DNA from: a virus
IMG/VR virus record: IMGVR_UViG_3300032268_001078
Coordinates: 1 to 64,000 of that record
Reading direction: 5' to 3' (one strand)
Length of the DNA: 64,000 nucleotides
The notes beneath the pieces are model-generated. The model was not told where the DNA came from, ran no database searches, and was given only the letters and a program-made list of their open reading frames with translations. Numbering within the stretch: position 1 is the stretch's first letter; every line of letters starts with the position of its first letter. Positions 33,338 to 44,289 of this stretch are shown here, piece by piece. The translations under genes and the position numbers were made by a program.

Positions 33338-34281
33338 ATAAATCTATTTCTGTAGTATTCTACTATATTTGGAAGTGCATCATCAAAATTCATTTGTGGT
33401 TTCCATCCTAATGCTCTTAATTTATTATCATTTAAAGCATAACGAACATCTTGACCAGGTCTAGAATAAGATAAATCTAAATACTTTTCAAAATTTTCTT
33501 CTTTCGTATATAATGTAATAATTTTTTTTACAGTAGCCAAATTTGATTGTTCAAACCCTCCACAAATGTTGTAAATTTCATTTTTTACTCCTGCTTCAAT
33601 AATTATAATAACAGCTTGAGCAGTATCATAAGCGTGTAACCAGTTTCTAACTGGAGTTCCATTATTGTGAAGTGGAATTTGTCTTCCTAATTCTAAATAT
33701 TTTAATGTTTTAGGAATTAATTTTTCTACATATTGACCACTCCCATAATTATTAGTTGGTCTAATAATGATATATGGTAAATTATAAGTACGACCCCAAG
33801 CAGTAATCAATTGATCTGCTGCTGCTTTTGTTGCGGAGTATGGATTACTTGGTTTTAATAAATCAGTTTCAATGTGTTCACCTTCATTAATGTCTCCATA
33901 TACTTCATCAGTACTAAAGTGTAATAATACTGGTACGTGTTGACCTTCTTGTCTGTGGTTGCGAATTAATTCTAATAAGTTGTGAACACCATTAATATTT
34001 GAATGAATAAAGTCATCACTTCCTACAATACTGTTTCCAACGTGAGTTTCAGCAGCTGTGTTGATAACATAATCACAATCATACAAAAAATCAATATCAT
34101 AAATATCTTTTTCTTCAAAAATGAAATTGTTATAACCTAAAAATTCATCTAATAAATCTTTATTAGCAGCATAAGTCATTTTATCAATTCCTCTAACTTG
34201 CCAACCTTTCTTTAAACACTCTCGTGTTACATAGGATCCAATAAATCCTAAACAACCTGTTATATATACTACTTTTGTCAT
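33331..34281 (-). CDS. rfbB: dTDP/NDP-glucose 4,6-dehydratase
   Basis: TGCLGFIG, AAETHV, STDEVYG, PSNPYSATKA, NNYG..Q..EKLIP, DRPGQD.RY-like. Confidence 0.88.
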   Translation of the reverse strand: MTKVVYITGCLGFIGSYVTRECLKKGWQVRGIDKMTYAANKDLLDEFLGYNNFIFEEKDIYDIDFLYDCDYVINTAAETHVGNSIVGSDDFIHSNINGVHNLLELIRNHRQEGQHVPVLLHFSTDEVYGDINEGEHIETDLLKPSNPYSATKAAADQLITAWGRTYNLPYIIIRPTNNYGSGQYVEKLIPKTLKYLELGRQIPLHNNGTPVRNWLHAYDTAQAVIIIIEAGVKNEIYNICGGFEQSNLATVKKIITLYTKEENFEKYLDLSYSRPGQDVRYALNDNKLRALGWKPQMNFDDALPNIVEYYRNRFIW

Positions 34282-34284
34282 ATT

Positions 34285-34953
34285 CTATTTATATAAATTT
34301 TCATCATAACTTACAGCGGTTAAAAAATCATCATATACATTAAATACACTTTTATATTTTGATTCATTATTTGATCCTATCCAAAATTCACATTTGTGTC
34401 TCACATCATAAATTACAGGTAACATTTGTGGATCTTGTAATGTATTAATATGACTAGCTCTAGCCCACCAGAAATTATTAGAATAGTGTCTCACTGGATT
34501 GTAAATAAGTTCTGCTCCACATACATCAAATTCTTCTAACCATTTTAAACTGTCTTTGTATTTAGTAATATTCCAATATGATTGATATTTTCTAATATCC
34601 TCAATATATTTAAATTCTTTAACATATTTACTACTACTTGAACCTTTAGTATGTAAATATAAAATATTATCGTTTGGATTATTTTTACAATGTTCTATTA
34701 TTTTATATAAAGTTGGAAATTCCCACTGATATATATCTTCACCATTATAATTTAATTTACCTTTAGGTACATCAAATTTTATATTAGGGTCTCCAATTAA
34801 TTCTAGATTAATTTGATCAACATCTTCATATAATTTAGAATCAAGTATATTTTTAGAAATTTCATCAATTATAGATTGACATCTATCTTCATTAGGGGTA
34901 CCAAATTTATCTATAATTAAATTACCCGCGTGTATAAATACTACATTTCCCAT
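34285..34953 (-). CDS. glycosyltransferase-like protein
   Basis: ILYLHTKG, HYSNNFWWARASHI. Confidence 0.65.
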   Translation of the reverse strand: MGNVVFIHAGNLIIDKFGTPNEDRCQSIIDEISKNILDSKLYEDVDQINLELIGDPNIKFDVPKGKLNYNGEDIYQWEFPTLYKIIEHCKNNPNDNILYLHTKGSSSSKYVKEFKYIEDIRKYQSYWNITKYKDSLKWLEEFDVCGAELIYNPVRHYSNNFWWARASHINTLQDPQMLPVIYDVRHKCEFWIGSNNESKYKSVFNVYDDFLTAVSYDENLYK

Positions 34954-34954
34954 A

Positions 34955-35803
34955 TTAATTGTTTTTATAATAATTTACTAATTTTTTAACAGCGTCTTCA
35001 GCACTGTATTTATTTTGGAATCCATATGATTTCAATTTAGTTATGTCTAGCCACGAATGTTCTACCTGAACTACATTGTGAAAATGAGGAGGATCCATTT
35101 TGGTTATGATTGATGTTGAATTAGATTCTTTTACAGCTAATTCTATCGCATCTATCAAAGCAGTTGGAGTACCAGTTCCAATATTAATGATTTCATTTGT
35201 TGGAGCTTTATCAATACAATGGATTATTGCATCACATACATCATCTACATAAATGTAATCACGTTTAGCAGTTCCACCATTATACAATAACAATTCTTCT
35301 CCTTCAACTGATTGTTTTAGTAAAAATTGCATAGCATTTTTCTTTCTAGATATTTTATTATCACCTTCTCCAATAACATTAGCTAATCTAAATATTCTGT
35401 ATTTAATTCCAAATGTTTCACAGTAACTGATTAACATTTGTTCAGCACAACGTTTTGTAATACTATAGAATCCTGTTGGGTTACAGTGAGTTGTGTCTTC
35501 ACTAAATGGTACATTTTCATTTTTACCATAAACAAACCAACTACTAACAAAGTTAAATACTAAATTAGGATCATTTTTATCTATGTTTTTTAATACATCC
35601 ATCAATACATTTAAATTAGTATTAATATCAATATGTAAATTATTATGTATATTATAATTATCTACTGTACTAATAAAATACAGTATATTATTTGATTTAG
35701 GGATATAATCATCCCTATCAATTTTGATAATTTGATCTTGATTCATTTCACAAAATCTACTACCTATAAAACCTGTTCCTCCAAAAATTGATATTTTATT
35801 CAT
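34955..35803 (-). CDS. NAD-dependent epimerase/dehydratase
   Basis: GGTGFIG, SSWFVYG, YSITK, RDYIYVDD. Confidence 0.9.
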   Translation of the reverse strand: MNKISIFGGTGFIGSRFCEMNQDQIIKIDRDDYIPKSNNILYFISTVDNYNIHNNLHIDINTNLNVLMDVLKNIDKNDPNLVFNFVSSWFVYGKNENVPFSEDTTHCNPTGFYSITKRCAEQMLISYCETFGIKYRIFRLANVIGEGDNKISRKKNAMQFLLKQSVEGEELLLYNGGTAKRDYIYVDDVCDAIIHCIDKAPTNEIINIGTGTPTALIDAIELAVKESNSTSIITKMDPPHFHNVVQVEHSWLDITKLKSYGFQNKYSAEDAVKKLVNYYKNN

Positions 35804-36468
35804 TATATTGTTTTTAATAATTTTATTTTATCTTTAAATTGTTGTCCTTCTCCTTGGAATATCCAAGCGTCTCCTTTACCATGAAAACCAAAACAATTAT
35901 CTAAGTTGTATTCACATTCTGGTATTTTTGATTCTAATGAAAAATTCATAGCTACATCTACTGGTGCGTATTTACATCCATTTGATATAAAATAATCATA
36001 GTGAGTATTAGTTACATATATATCATCATGTTGATTATTAATAGGTAAGTTTAAAGCTAAATCTAAAAACTTTTTACTTTTAAGTACAAATCCACCATTT
36101 CCTACTCTATTATTAGGACACCAAGTTGCTTCTAATGGCCATGGTGCCCCAATATAATCATATTCAAACCACTCATCATCCCATAAATGTGGATTAATAA
36201 TAAATCCATCATCGTGTATAGTAATACAATAGTCATTATTAACATATTTAACTAGTTCAAAAACCATAAAACTGTTAATACTATCGTGAGTTTGATTTCC
36301 TATATTATGAAATTCAATATGATCAGGACAATTATCTGGTTTATAGTGTGCTAATAATTTAATACTACCAAACTCAATGTCTTTAGAACTATACAACAAT
36401 GCTTTAACAGACTGTTCTGGATTAACACAATTAATTGATATTAAATCTATATTTTTTAATTGTTTCAT
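35803..36468 (-). CDS. glycosyltransferase-like protein (DUF5672 type)
   Basis: IHDDGFIINP..W...YDYIGAPW...VGNGGF.L.SKK...FGFHG. Confidence 0.8.
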   Translation of the reverse strand: MKQLKNIDLISINCVNPEQSVKALLYSSKDIEFGSIKLLAHYKPDNCPDHIEFHNIGNQTHDSINSFMVFELVKYVNNDYCITIHDDGFIINPHLWDDEWFEYDYIGAPWPLEATWCPNNRVGNGGFVLKSKKFLDLALNLPINNQHDDIYVTNTHYDYFISNGCKYAPVDVAMNFSLESKIPECEYNLDNCFGFHGKGDAWIFQGEGQQFKDKIKLLKTI

Positions 36469-37436
36469 AGTTTGTTAAAAAAATTATTTATGTAGTAATC
36501 TTCAATATGTTTTTGATTTTCAGTACAACCATAAGCCATATGAATTCCATAACAGTTTCTAACATAAATTGGAGATTTATTTGTATTATTTGCTAACTTT
36601 GTTAATTGACCTTCATCCCAATGATCAAAAAATAGTGTTTGTGCTTCTTTATAAAATTCAGTTGTTGAAATAAATAAATTATTACAAACATAAGGAGTAG
36701 TGTATTTTTCTAAATAACAATTACTATTATTTAATACTAAATGTTTATTGTTTATCGCATGGTTAGCTATATACATATTATAATCATATGAAAATCTAGC
36801 TGGGTGGACACCTTTGACAATATCAAAATACCAAGGCAAATTTCTATTTTCAGTTGGATCAACCGAATTAACAAACTCCCAATATTTGTCTCCATCCCAA
36901 CTATCTAATTGATTAATATAATTAATAATTTTAGTGTAATTACAACCCCAAATATCTGGTGTTATATTATCTTTCATAAAGATATTATTTACAATTTCTT
37001 TTTCGCTTTTATTTAAGAAATCTTTAATAAATAATTCAACAGTTGGAATACCGTTAGATAATGTAGGTACTAAAATAGATACTGATGAGTCTTTTAATAC
37101 ATCAACATTTTCAATCATGTAATCCCACACATATCTATTTATAAAAACATCATCATCCCATTTACATAAATACTCAGAATCTAAATTTTTAGTAATTTCC
37201 ATTTTTTCTGAGTATTCGTCTGTTTTCAATGGTGCTAAAAATACTTCAATGTTTTTATTTGATACTTGTTTTAACATTTCAATCCATACATCTTCATTAG
37301 AATGATGAATACATGCTACTAAACGTACTTTAGATTTATTTTCTTCTTTTATATTAGAAAATTCATTTAAAGCTGCTTTTACTAAAGATAGTCTATATTG
37401 ATTTGTTGAACTATTAAATAGATTGATTTGTATCAT
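36465..37436 (-). CDS. putative GT-A-fold glycosyltransferase
   Basis: YLCKWDDDVF (DxD), WDEGQL. Confidence 0.6.
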   Translation of the reverse strand: MIQINLFNSSTNQYRLSLVKAALNEFSNIKEENKSKVRLVACIHHSNEDVWIEMLKQVSNKNIEVFLAPLKTDEYSEKMEITKNLDSEYLCKWDDDVFINRYVWDYMIENVDVLKDSSVSILVPTLSNGIPTVELFIKDFLNKSEKEIVNNIFMKDNITPDIWGCNYTKIINYINQLDSWDGDKYWEFVNSVDPTENRNLPWYFDIVKGVHPARFSYDYNMYIANHAINNKHLVLNNSNCYLEKYTTPYVCNNLFISTTEFYKEAQTLFFDHWDEGQLTKLANNTNKSPIYVRNCYGIHMAYGCTENQKHIEDYYINNFFNKL

Positions 37437-38212
37437 AGGTATGAGTATGGTAAATTTAAATTTAATGCTCGTACAAAATAATTAACATTAGATCCTGTGC
37501 AACAAAGTAACATATCAACTTTAGATAATAAATACGCTTCAATTATAACATCTTCTCCAATATAATATTTACTACATTGATATGAATTTTGATAATGTAA
37601 TGGAGATTCTGAAGTACTTCTAAATGTTACATCATATTCTATAACTTTGTCTCCATATGCTTGTTTGATACAATCAACACGATATTGTTCATCCGACGCA
37701 ATAAAGATATAATCATAATCATTGACATATTTTGAAATTTGTTCAATATAATATGACATATTTTTTTTATCTGGATGATCTGTGCCACGAGCATGAATTC
37801 CTAATATTTTTTTATCTTTAAAATATTGTTTGTGAAAATTATCAATCTTTTCTGTTACATGTGGTAATAGTTGTACATGTTGTTTAATAATCTCATGATA
37901 TTCTATTCTTCGTTGTTCGTATAATTCTGGTGTTAGATATATATCTCTGAATTCACTCCATTCATCATATAATAATCCAACTTCTGATAATATTTCAGTT
38001 GGCATTTTATTAATATGAGGTTGTTCAAAATAATAATCCCACACATTTTCGATACCTTGTTGAAGATACATTTCTTCATCGAAATAACAAGATTCTCTAC
38101 CAAAATATACATAATATTTATCGTTGGGAAAATGGTACATTGCTCTAATTGTTTGCCATATAAATGCAAACATTCCAGAATTAGGTTGGGTTGGGTGTAA
38201 ATATCTATACAT
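37433..38212 (-). CDS. NodZ/O-fucosyltransferase-like glycosyltransferase
   Basis: NSGMF, LGIHARGTD, IFIASD, DVIIEAYLLSK.D.L...GSNV. Confidence 0.75.
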   Translation of the reverse strand: MYRYLHPTQPNSGMFAFIWQTIRAMYHFPNDKYYVYFGRESCYFDEEMYLQQGIENVWDYYFEQPHINKMPTEILSEVGLLYDEWSEFRDIYLTPELYEQRRIEYHEIIKQHVQLLPHVTEKIDNFHKQYFKDKKILGIHARGTDHPDKKNMSYYIEQISKYVNDYDYIFIASDEQYRVDCIKQAYGDKVIEYDVTFRSTSESPLHYQNSYQCSKYYIGEDVIIEAYLLSKVDMLLCCTGSNVNYFVRALNLNLPYSYL

Positions 38213-39860
38213 TGTTATTAAAAATTAAATCTTTTAAAAATTTGTTAAATAATATATCATTATTATAATAATAATCTTTAGCTTTGCCAAAATTACTTTT
38301 AATAAATTCTAAACGAGAGTTATAGTCTTCCTCAGTTAAATTATCTAATATATTAACTAATTCTTCACTTGTATTGAAAATAATAAAACCTCGTGTATCA
38401 AAGAATTCTATTATATTTTGACAACCTTTATAAATTGGTACCGTACCGGTTAAAAAACAATCTAAGATTTTTTCTGTAAAGTAATTATCGTATATACCAT
38501 TTTCAATTGCTACTGAAAATCTATAGTCTTTTAAACCTTCAATTTTACCTTTAATTTCACGAATGCCAACTCCATAAAAATCAACATTATCATAGTTTTT
38601 ACTATGAACAGCATTAGCACATTCTAATCTAACTCTGTGTCCTTCAGTCATTACTTTATTAGATGTAATAAATGAAACTTGTTTGGATTTAGTGTAGATT
38701 TGTTGTAATGAATCATCTTGCAAAATTGGATATTCTTGCTTATGTATGTTTTTATTAAGTACTACTTCATATCCTCCATTTCTAAACACAGCATTTGGTA
38801 ATTTCAATAGTTCTGGGTCAAATGTAAGTATTCTATCAAATTTAGTATAATTATCTTTAACAGCTTTATAAACTTCATTTTGACTTAATAAATGTGGTGC
38901 TTCGTGAATATCAGCTATTATTTTACCTCGTTTGATTGGAATTTCACCATTAATAAATCTTATAATGTCCATATCTTGAATTAAGGTAATATCAAATTCG
39001 CCATCTAATTGATTGTAAACATATGAAAATTCTTTAGGAATACTATTACGTTCTCTAAAGTCTCCAATTACATTTACTTGAGGTAATTTTTCACCACTTA
39101 AACCTTCTTTATAGTGTTTACGATTTCTAACTTCTTCCTCAAATTTAGAATTGTCAACATGTTCACGTTCTTGTGTTCTAGTAGCGTTTTTAGGTGCTTG
39201 GTTGTAAATACAAGTTGGAAAATCAACTGCTCCTACTTTATTTTTAGGACACATTTCTAAATAAGGATACTGAAATGCTAAATCAACAGCGTGCCAATAT
39301 AATTTATTATCTAATTTTGATATTAAATCATTTGTATCAAGTTTTTTAAATAAGAATGTTCTGTATGTTCTCATATGAGAAGCACGCCAAGTATCTTGTC
39401 TAAACAATTTATGTTCTAAAACAAAATCTGGATGTGGTGTACTTTGAGGGTAACCTAATGTTAGGTTATCAGTCCCATCATAGCAATAAAACTTACCATA
39501 TGTCATCCATACATCTTTTTCATTGTAATAATCATTTAAATTTTTTAAAACGTTGTTATCAAATAACCAATCGTCTCCATCTAAATGAACAATAATATCA
39601 TTGTCATTGTCTAAATACTCGTCTAATTCAAAAAAGTAGTTGTATGCTGCTCCTTTATTTTCAGTTCTATTGATTAATTTGAACTGTGGATTGTTTCCTA
39701 CAATACTTTCAACTTTACTGAATGTATTATCTGTTGAATTATCATTAATATATAATACTTCATAGTTAGTATATGTTTGATTTAATATACTAGCTAAGTT
39801 GTATTCTACAAATTCTTCATTATTATATGAAGGTGTAATTATTTTAAATTTGTTTTCCAT
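38205..39860 (-). CDS. bifunctional GT2 plus GT10-like glycosyltransferase
   Basis: ITPSYN, YINDNSTD, HLDGDDW; C-terminal YRFSVAIEN...YFTEKILDCFLTGTVPIY.G. Confidence 0.85.
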   Translation of the reverse strand: MENKFKIITPSYNNEEFVEYNLASILNQTYTNYEVLYINDNSTDNTFSKVESIVGNNPQFKLINRTENKGAAYNYFFELDEYLDNDNDIIVHLDGDDWLFDNNVLKNLNDYYNEKDVWMTYGKFYCYDGTDNLTLGYPQSTPHPDFVLEHKLFRQDTWRASHMRTYRTFLFKKLDTNDLISKLDNKLYWHAVDLAFQYPYLEMCPKNKVGAVDFPTCIYNQAPKNATRTQEREHVDNSKFEEEVRNRKHYKEGLSGEKLPQVNVIGDFRERNSIPKEFSYVYNQLDGEFDITLIQDMDIIRFINGEIPIKRGKIIADIHEAPHLLSQNEVYKAVKDNYTKFDRILTFDPELLKLPNAVFRNGGYEVVLNKNIHKQEYPILQDDSLQQIYTKSKQVSFITSNKVMTEGHRVRLECANAVHSKNYDNVDFYGVGIREIKGKIEGLKDYRFSVAIENGIYDNYFTEKILDCFLTGTVPIYKGCQNIIEFFDTRGFIIFNTSEELVNILDNLTEEDYNSRLEFIKSNFGKAKDYYYNNDILFNKFLKDLIFNNNV

Positions 39861-40798
39861 TTTTCTATATCGTAATATCTTCTATAATTTTCTTTTGCGT
39901 GTTCACTGCAAGTTTTATAAAATAACTCATCTGTTTTTAGTCTTTTTGCTAAGTACACAGCTTGTTCAACATCGTCTACATCTACAGACAAATAAGGATG
40001 ACATATTATTTGTGTATCAACTTTTTTATTACCTATACAAGGTATTCCAAAATATGCACAATTCAAACTAAATGTTCCTGCTGCTATTGTAGGCATTAAA
40101 TGAACTGCGTATTTAAATTCACTTAGTTGTTTCATCCAATCAGTCCACATAACTCTAGGTAAATGATGAATTATTTGTTCTTCTTGTTCACGTTGAGCAT
40201 GAGAACTAATAGTATAACAAATGTTATTAAATTCTTGAGCAACCATATAAGAAGACATTCCTCCATACCAACGACTAAAATTACCACCAATAATAGTTTT
40301 ATCTTGGGGTTTCCACTCAATTCCTTGAATAGGTTCTTCAATCATTAAAGTAGGTATTACAAATACTTTATCTGTGTAACCTTTCCAAAATTTAGTATCA
40401 TATTCATTATGAGCGTAAATTCCATCTGATTGTCTAATCATATTAATAAAGTTAATTTGATCAGCCATTTCATAGTTATGAAACCACCAAGTAGGACCTT
40501 CTTGAATTATAAATACTTCAGTATTATATTTTTTTAATACAGCGATAAAATTTGAAGTTAATAAATCAGAAACAGGATTTGAGTCATTAATTAATTTACT
40601 TCCAGCGGAATCTAAAAATACTCTACCTTTAGGAAAAATAACAAATACCTTGTCATATTGTAATACATGATTAGTATTTCTAATGTTGAAATGATCTGCA
40701 TCTAGTGCGTACATCCAAGCGAATTCAGTTCGCATATTATGGTGGTTTGAAGGTATTTTACCCTCAAACCCCATTTCTGTCAAAAATGCTATTTTCAT
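39839..40798 (-). CDS. GT-B glycosyltransferase-like protein
   Basis: AAGTFSLNCAYFGIPCIG; locus context. Confidence 0.6.
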   Translation of the reverse strand: MKIAFLTEMGFEGKIPSNHHNMRTEFAWMYALDADHFNIRNTNHVLQYDKVFVIFPKGRVFLDSAGSKLINDSNPVSDLLTSNFIAVLKKYNTEVFIIQEGPTWWFHNYEMADQINFINMIRQSDGIYAHNEYDTKFWKGYTDKVFVIPTLMIEEPIQGIEWKPQDKTIIGGNFSRWYGGMSSYMVAQEFNNICYTISSHAQREQEEQIIHHLPRVMWTDWMKQLSEFKYAVHLMPTIAAGTFSLNCAYFGIPCIGNKKVDTQIICHPYLSVDVDDVEQAVYLAKRLKTDELFYKTCSEHAKENYRRYYDIEKWKTNLK

Positions 40799-41943
40799 TT
40801 ACTAAAGAATTCTTTGATTTTATCGCAAACGTAATCTACGTCTTCAATTGTCATTCCGTGATGTGCTCCTAATAAGAAACCATTTTTCATAATAGTATCG
40901 GAATTTTCGAATTCTTGTAAGTATTCCCTGTAAACAGGATGGCGAGTCACGTTACCGGCAAACGTTACACGGGTCTGCACATTGTTTTCTTCTAAGAAGT
41001 TTAATAATTCAAAACGACTTTCAGATTGTAGAGGAATTGCTAACCAATTTGGTTTAATTGAATCATCTGGTAATACAATATCACCTACACCTTGAAGATT
41101 TGTGATGTATCTTTCAGCATTAGCTCTTCTAATTCCTTCAAAGTCTTTAAATCTTTCTAATTGAACTAAACCAAATGCTGCATTCATTTCACTTGATTTA
41201 AAGTTGTAACCTAACACATCATATAAAAACTTATGATCGTATGGTATACCGTCAACTACATGATTAAAACGATCAGCCATGATTTCTGAATTATCACCCA
41301 TTCTTCCCCAATCTCTGAATTGTAAAATAATGTCTCTTAATTTAATATCATTTACCATCACCATTCCACCAGCTCCACCTGCTGTAATAACATGTGATGC
41401 ATAGAAACTAGTAGTTGCTATATCTGTCTCAGGTGTATTAGTCACTGTGTCAGCACTATCTTCAATAATAACGATATCTGCACGACCCATTGCTACTAAA
41501 CCTTCTTTCAATGCTTTCCAATCTGGTTTATTGCCAATCAAATTAGGAACCATAATTGCTTTTACTTCATCAGTAACTGCTGTTAACATATCTTCTACTT
41601 TAGCTACATAAGTATCTAATCCAACATCTACAAATACAGGTCTTAAACCTAATTGAATAATTGGTGCTAATGTAGTTGAAAATGTGCACGCTGGAGTAAT
41701 TACTTTAGTTCCTTTAGGTAATTTTAAACAAGCTAAAGCTAATAAACACGCAGATGAACCTGAGTTGACGAATACGCCATATTTTTTACCGAAGAATTTA
41801 GCTACTTTTTCTTCAAACTCGATTGACTTAGGTCCAAAACCAGCCAACCACCCTGAACGCAAACAGTCTACAACTGCTTGGATTTCTTCCTCACCATAAG
41901 ATTCAAACTTATTAGGAGCATACCAAACTTTTTTATTTGTCAT
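40795..41943 (-). CDS. rfbH: DegT/DnrJ family PLP enzyme, RfbH (NDP-4-keto-6-deoxyglucose 3-dehydrase)-like
   Basis: VNSGSSA, IEDSAD, SFYASHVIT.G.GG with His at the usual Lys position, RDWGR, LGYNFK. Confidence 0.75.
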   Translation of the reverse strand: MTNKKVWYAPNKFESYGEEEIQAVVDCLRSGWLAGFGPKSIEFEEKVAKFFGKKYGVFVNSGSSACLLALACLKLPKGTKVITPACTFSTTLAPIIQLGLRPVFVDVGLDTYVAKVEDMLTAVTDEVKAIMVPNLIGNKPDWKALKEGLVAMGRADIVIIEDSADTVTNTPETDIATTSFYASHVITAGGAGGMVMVNDIKLRDIILQFRDWGRMGDNSEIMADRFNHVVDGIPYDHKFLYDVLGYNFKSSEMNAAFGLVQLERFKDFEGIRRANAERYITNLQGVGDIVLPDDSIKPNWLAIPLQSESRFELLNFLEENNVQTRVTFAGNVTRHPVYREYLQEFENSDTIMKNGFLLGAHHGMTIEDVDYVCDKIKEFFSK

Positions 41944-42557
41944 AATGTATTATAAAAATTATTTTGTTTTTCTTGTTTTTGAATTGTTTTGTGGTGACCT
42001 AAAGCATAAACATCTTCAGATGGAAGTTTTGTTACGGTTTCATATCCCACTAAACGTTCATGTACTTTATTTACCCAATGAATTTCAGGTTTGTTTTTAC
42101 AAACTCTAAATTGATAATCAGGCCAATTTACTCTTTGGTGTTGATCTACTCTCCAACCCCATTGTGCTATATGTTTTTGTGTTAAACCAGTTACTGTATT
42201 GATACGTGGTACTAAGAAACATTCAATTTTTGGGTTAAGTCTTAAAACTTCACGAATCATATAAATTTGATCTTCATTTACTTCTTCATCAGCATCAATA
42301 AAAAAAATATATTTTTTCTTACAGTGTTTTTTTAAGTTATTTTTAAAAGTAGAAAAGTCACCATTTAATTCACTAAATACTCTTTCAATTTTTTCAAAAC
42401 TACTTATTAAATCTAACATTTCTTGAGAAGCATTGGGTGTATCAATTTGAATAATGATTTCATCACCATCAACTTTACATTTATTAAGCTGATCTATTAA
42501 ACGTTTTAATTCTGCTGTTTCATTGCAGGCGGTGATGGCAAAACTAATGTTTATCAT
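41940..42557 (-). CDS. GT2-family glycosyltransferase
   Basis: AITACNE, FFIDADE, WPDYQFR, VHE. Confidence 0.85.
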   Translation of the reverse strand: MINISFAITACNETAELKRLIDQLNKCKVDGDEIIIQIDTPNASQEMLDLISSFEKIERVFSELNGDFSTFKNNLKKHCKKKYIFFIDADEEVNEDQIYMIREVLRLNPKIECFLVPRINTVTGLTQKHIAQWGWRVDQHQRVNWPDYQFRVCKNKPEIHWVNKVHERLVGYETVTKLPSEDVYALGHHKTIQKQEKQNNFYNTL

Positions 42558-42997
42558 ACAGCATTAATATAAGAAATTGCCTCAAGAAAACCAACTTTTC
42601 CAAAATTTCTTTTAGTTGTCGTGTCTGATTTATGTTTAGGTATTTCTTTATTTTGCTCAACATAAATTTTCTTTTCTTCTTCTGTTAGTACTCTATTTTT
42701 GATTGCTGACCAAGTCCAATTGTCTTTAGTTGCACCATCAATGAATACAATACCTTCTTCATTTTCAATAACAAGTGGATACCATACTCTACCTTCAGTG
42801 TCTATTGATTTTAGATCTTTATAAAGTTCAGGCATTGTTTCTTCAAACTTTTCTACATCATACTCACCGTCTTTGATAAAATCATTAGCGGTAAATCCAC
42901 AACTTGGGCAGTTGTATGCCCAAGCTGTTTCATTTATTGGAGTAGCGTAACACATTTCACTTTCACAGTGACTACATTTTACTAATTTATCTTCCAT
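42554..42997 (-). CDS. zinc-ribbon hypothetical protein
   Basis: CSHC...CPSCGF. Confidence 0.65.
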   Translation of the reverse strand: MEDKLVKCSHCESEMCYATPINETAWAYNCPSCGFTANDFIKDGEYDVEKFEETMPELYKDLKSIDTEGRVWYPLVIENEEGIVFIDGATKDNWTWSAIKNRVLTEEEKKIYVEQNKEIPKHKSDTTTKRNFGKVGFLEAISYINAV

Positions 42998-44286
42998 TAT
43001 ATTTTCTTTAATTTAGGTAATTGTGGTAATACTAGTTTAGGTTGTTCTTTAACATATTGTTTATAATACTCACCTAATTTTTCTGTCATTTTTTCAAAAC
43101 TAAAATTAGTTTTACTGTAAAATGATTGACGATTTGCTTTATCTATGTATTTTTTATAATTAATATGAATATCAACTAATAACTGTCCAGCTTGAACATA
43201 ATCAGCAGTGTACCAACTACTTTCAGCTAAAATAATATTAGGAACAACAGCTGATGGATGAATTTGAGTTAATCTACCTCCAATTAAATTTGTAAATTCA
43301 GGATTTAAAAAGTCTATTTGGCCTGACCATCCTGAACAAATAATTGGTTTTTTAGTCATACTAAATTCTAATAGTGGGCGGCCAAATCCTTCACCTTTAG
43401 TTAAATTAACCATCGCTTTAATTTTTGGATGATTATAAAGATAATTAATTTCTTTTTCTTCTAAATCACCATGAATTAAATAAATGTTAGGTAATGTACC
43501 TTTTACTGTTTTTCTAACTTCATTGATTTTATTTAAAATACTATTTTTATCTAAAATACTTCCACCAGCACTTGATGTTTTTAAAATTAAACAAGGAGCA
43601 TTTTTCTTATTTTTAAATGTTTCTAAAAATACTTTAATTGTCATTCCTACATTTTTACGATCTTCACCTAAAACTCCACCTAACCAATGACCAACAAATA
43701 AATACGCAAAATTCTCGGGGATTTCATCGAGATACGTTACTAAATCATTTTCAGGTATGTCTTTATCATCCATGTGAAAGTATGTGTTTAAATCAACACC
43801 TTCAAAAATAACTTCAATTGGTTTTTCAATTTTAATTATTCTAACAACATTACCTTGTTGATCACGTTGTTCTGCTTGAGTTTGTAAAAATACTTGTTTT
43901 GAATGTTCTGATGAAATTAAATTCAAATCCATTCGATTACAACCATCAATCCAAGATGGATCACAAATAGTTGTTTCAATACCCGCTGTTACACCAATGT
44001 TGTATTTTCCTATAGGTTGAAATTCATTTGGAATTGTAATTTGCATCCAAACATCAGGCTGTTGTGTTAATTGGTTACCTTGAATCAAATGTTTTTTCAT
44101 CCAATTCCATTCTTCATGATCATCTAAATAACCATAAGGTGTGTTTCCCCAACGTTGAGATAAAATCCACACATCCCACTCGTCTTTTTTTGCTTCTATT
44201 GTTGCTTTAACAAAATCTCTTGCTCTAGCACCATACCCACTATATGTTTCTACTGGGCAACTTATAACTACATATTGTTTACTCAT
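42997..44286 (-). CDS. GT4-family glycosyltransferase
   Basis: SGYG, RKNVG, TKGEGFGRPLLEF. Confidence 0.85.
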   Translation of the reverse strand: MSKQYVVISCPVETYSGYGARARDFVKATIEAKKDEWDVWILSQRWGNTPYGYLDDHEEWNWMKKHLIQGNQLTQQPDVWMQITIPNEFQPIGKYNIGVTAGIETTICDPSWIDGCNRMDLNLISSEHSKQVFLQTQAEQRDQQGNVVRIIKIEKPIEVIFEGVDLNTYFHMDDKDIPENDLVTYLDEIPENFAYLFVGHWLGGVLGEDRKNVGMTIKVFLETFKNKKNAPCLILKTSSAGGSILDKNSILNKINEVRKTVKGTLPNIYLIHGDLEEKEINYLYNHPKIKAMVNLTKGEGFGRPLLEFSMTKKPIICSGWSGQIDFLNPEFTNLIGGRLTQIHPSAVVPNIILAESSWYTADYVQAGQLLVDIHINYKKYIDKANRQSFYSKTNFSFEKMTEKLGEYYKQYVKEQPKLVLPQLPKLKKI

Positions 44287-44289
44287 AAC

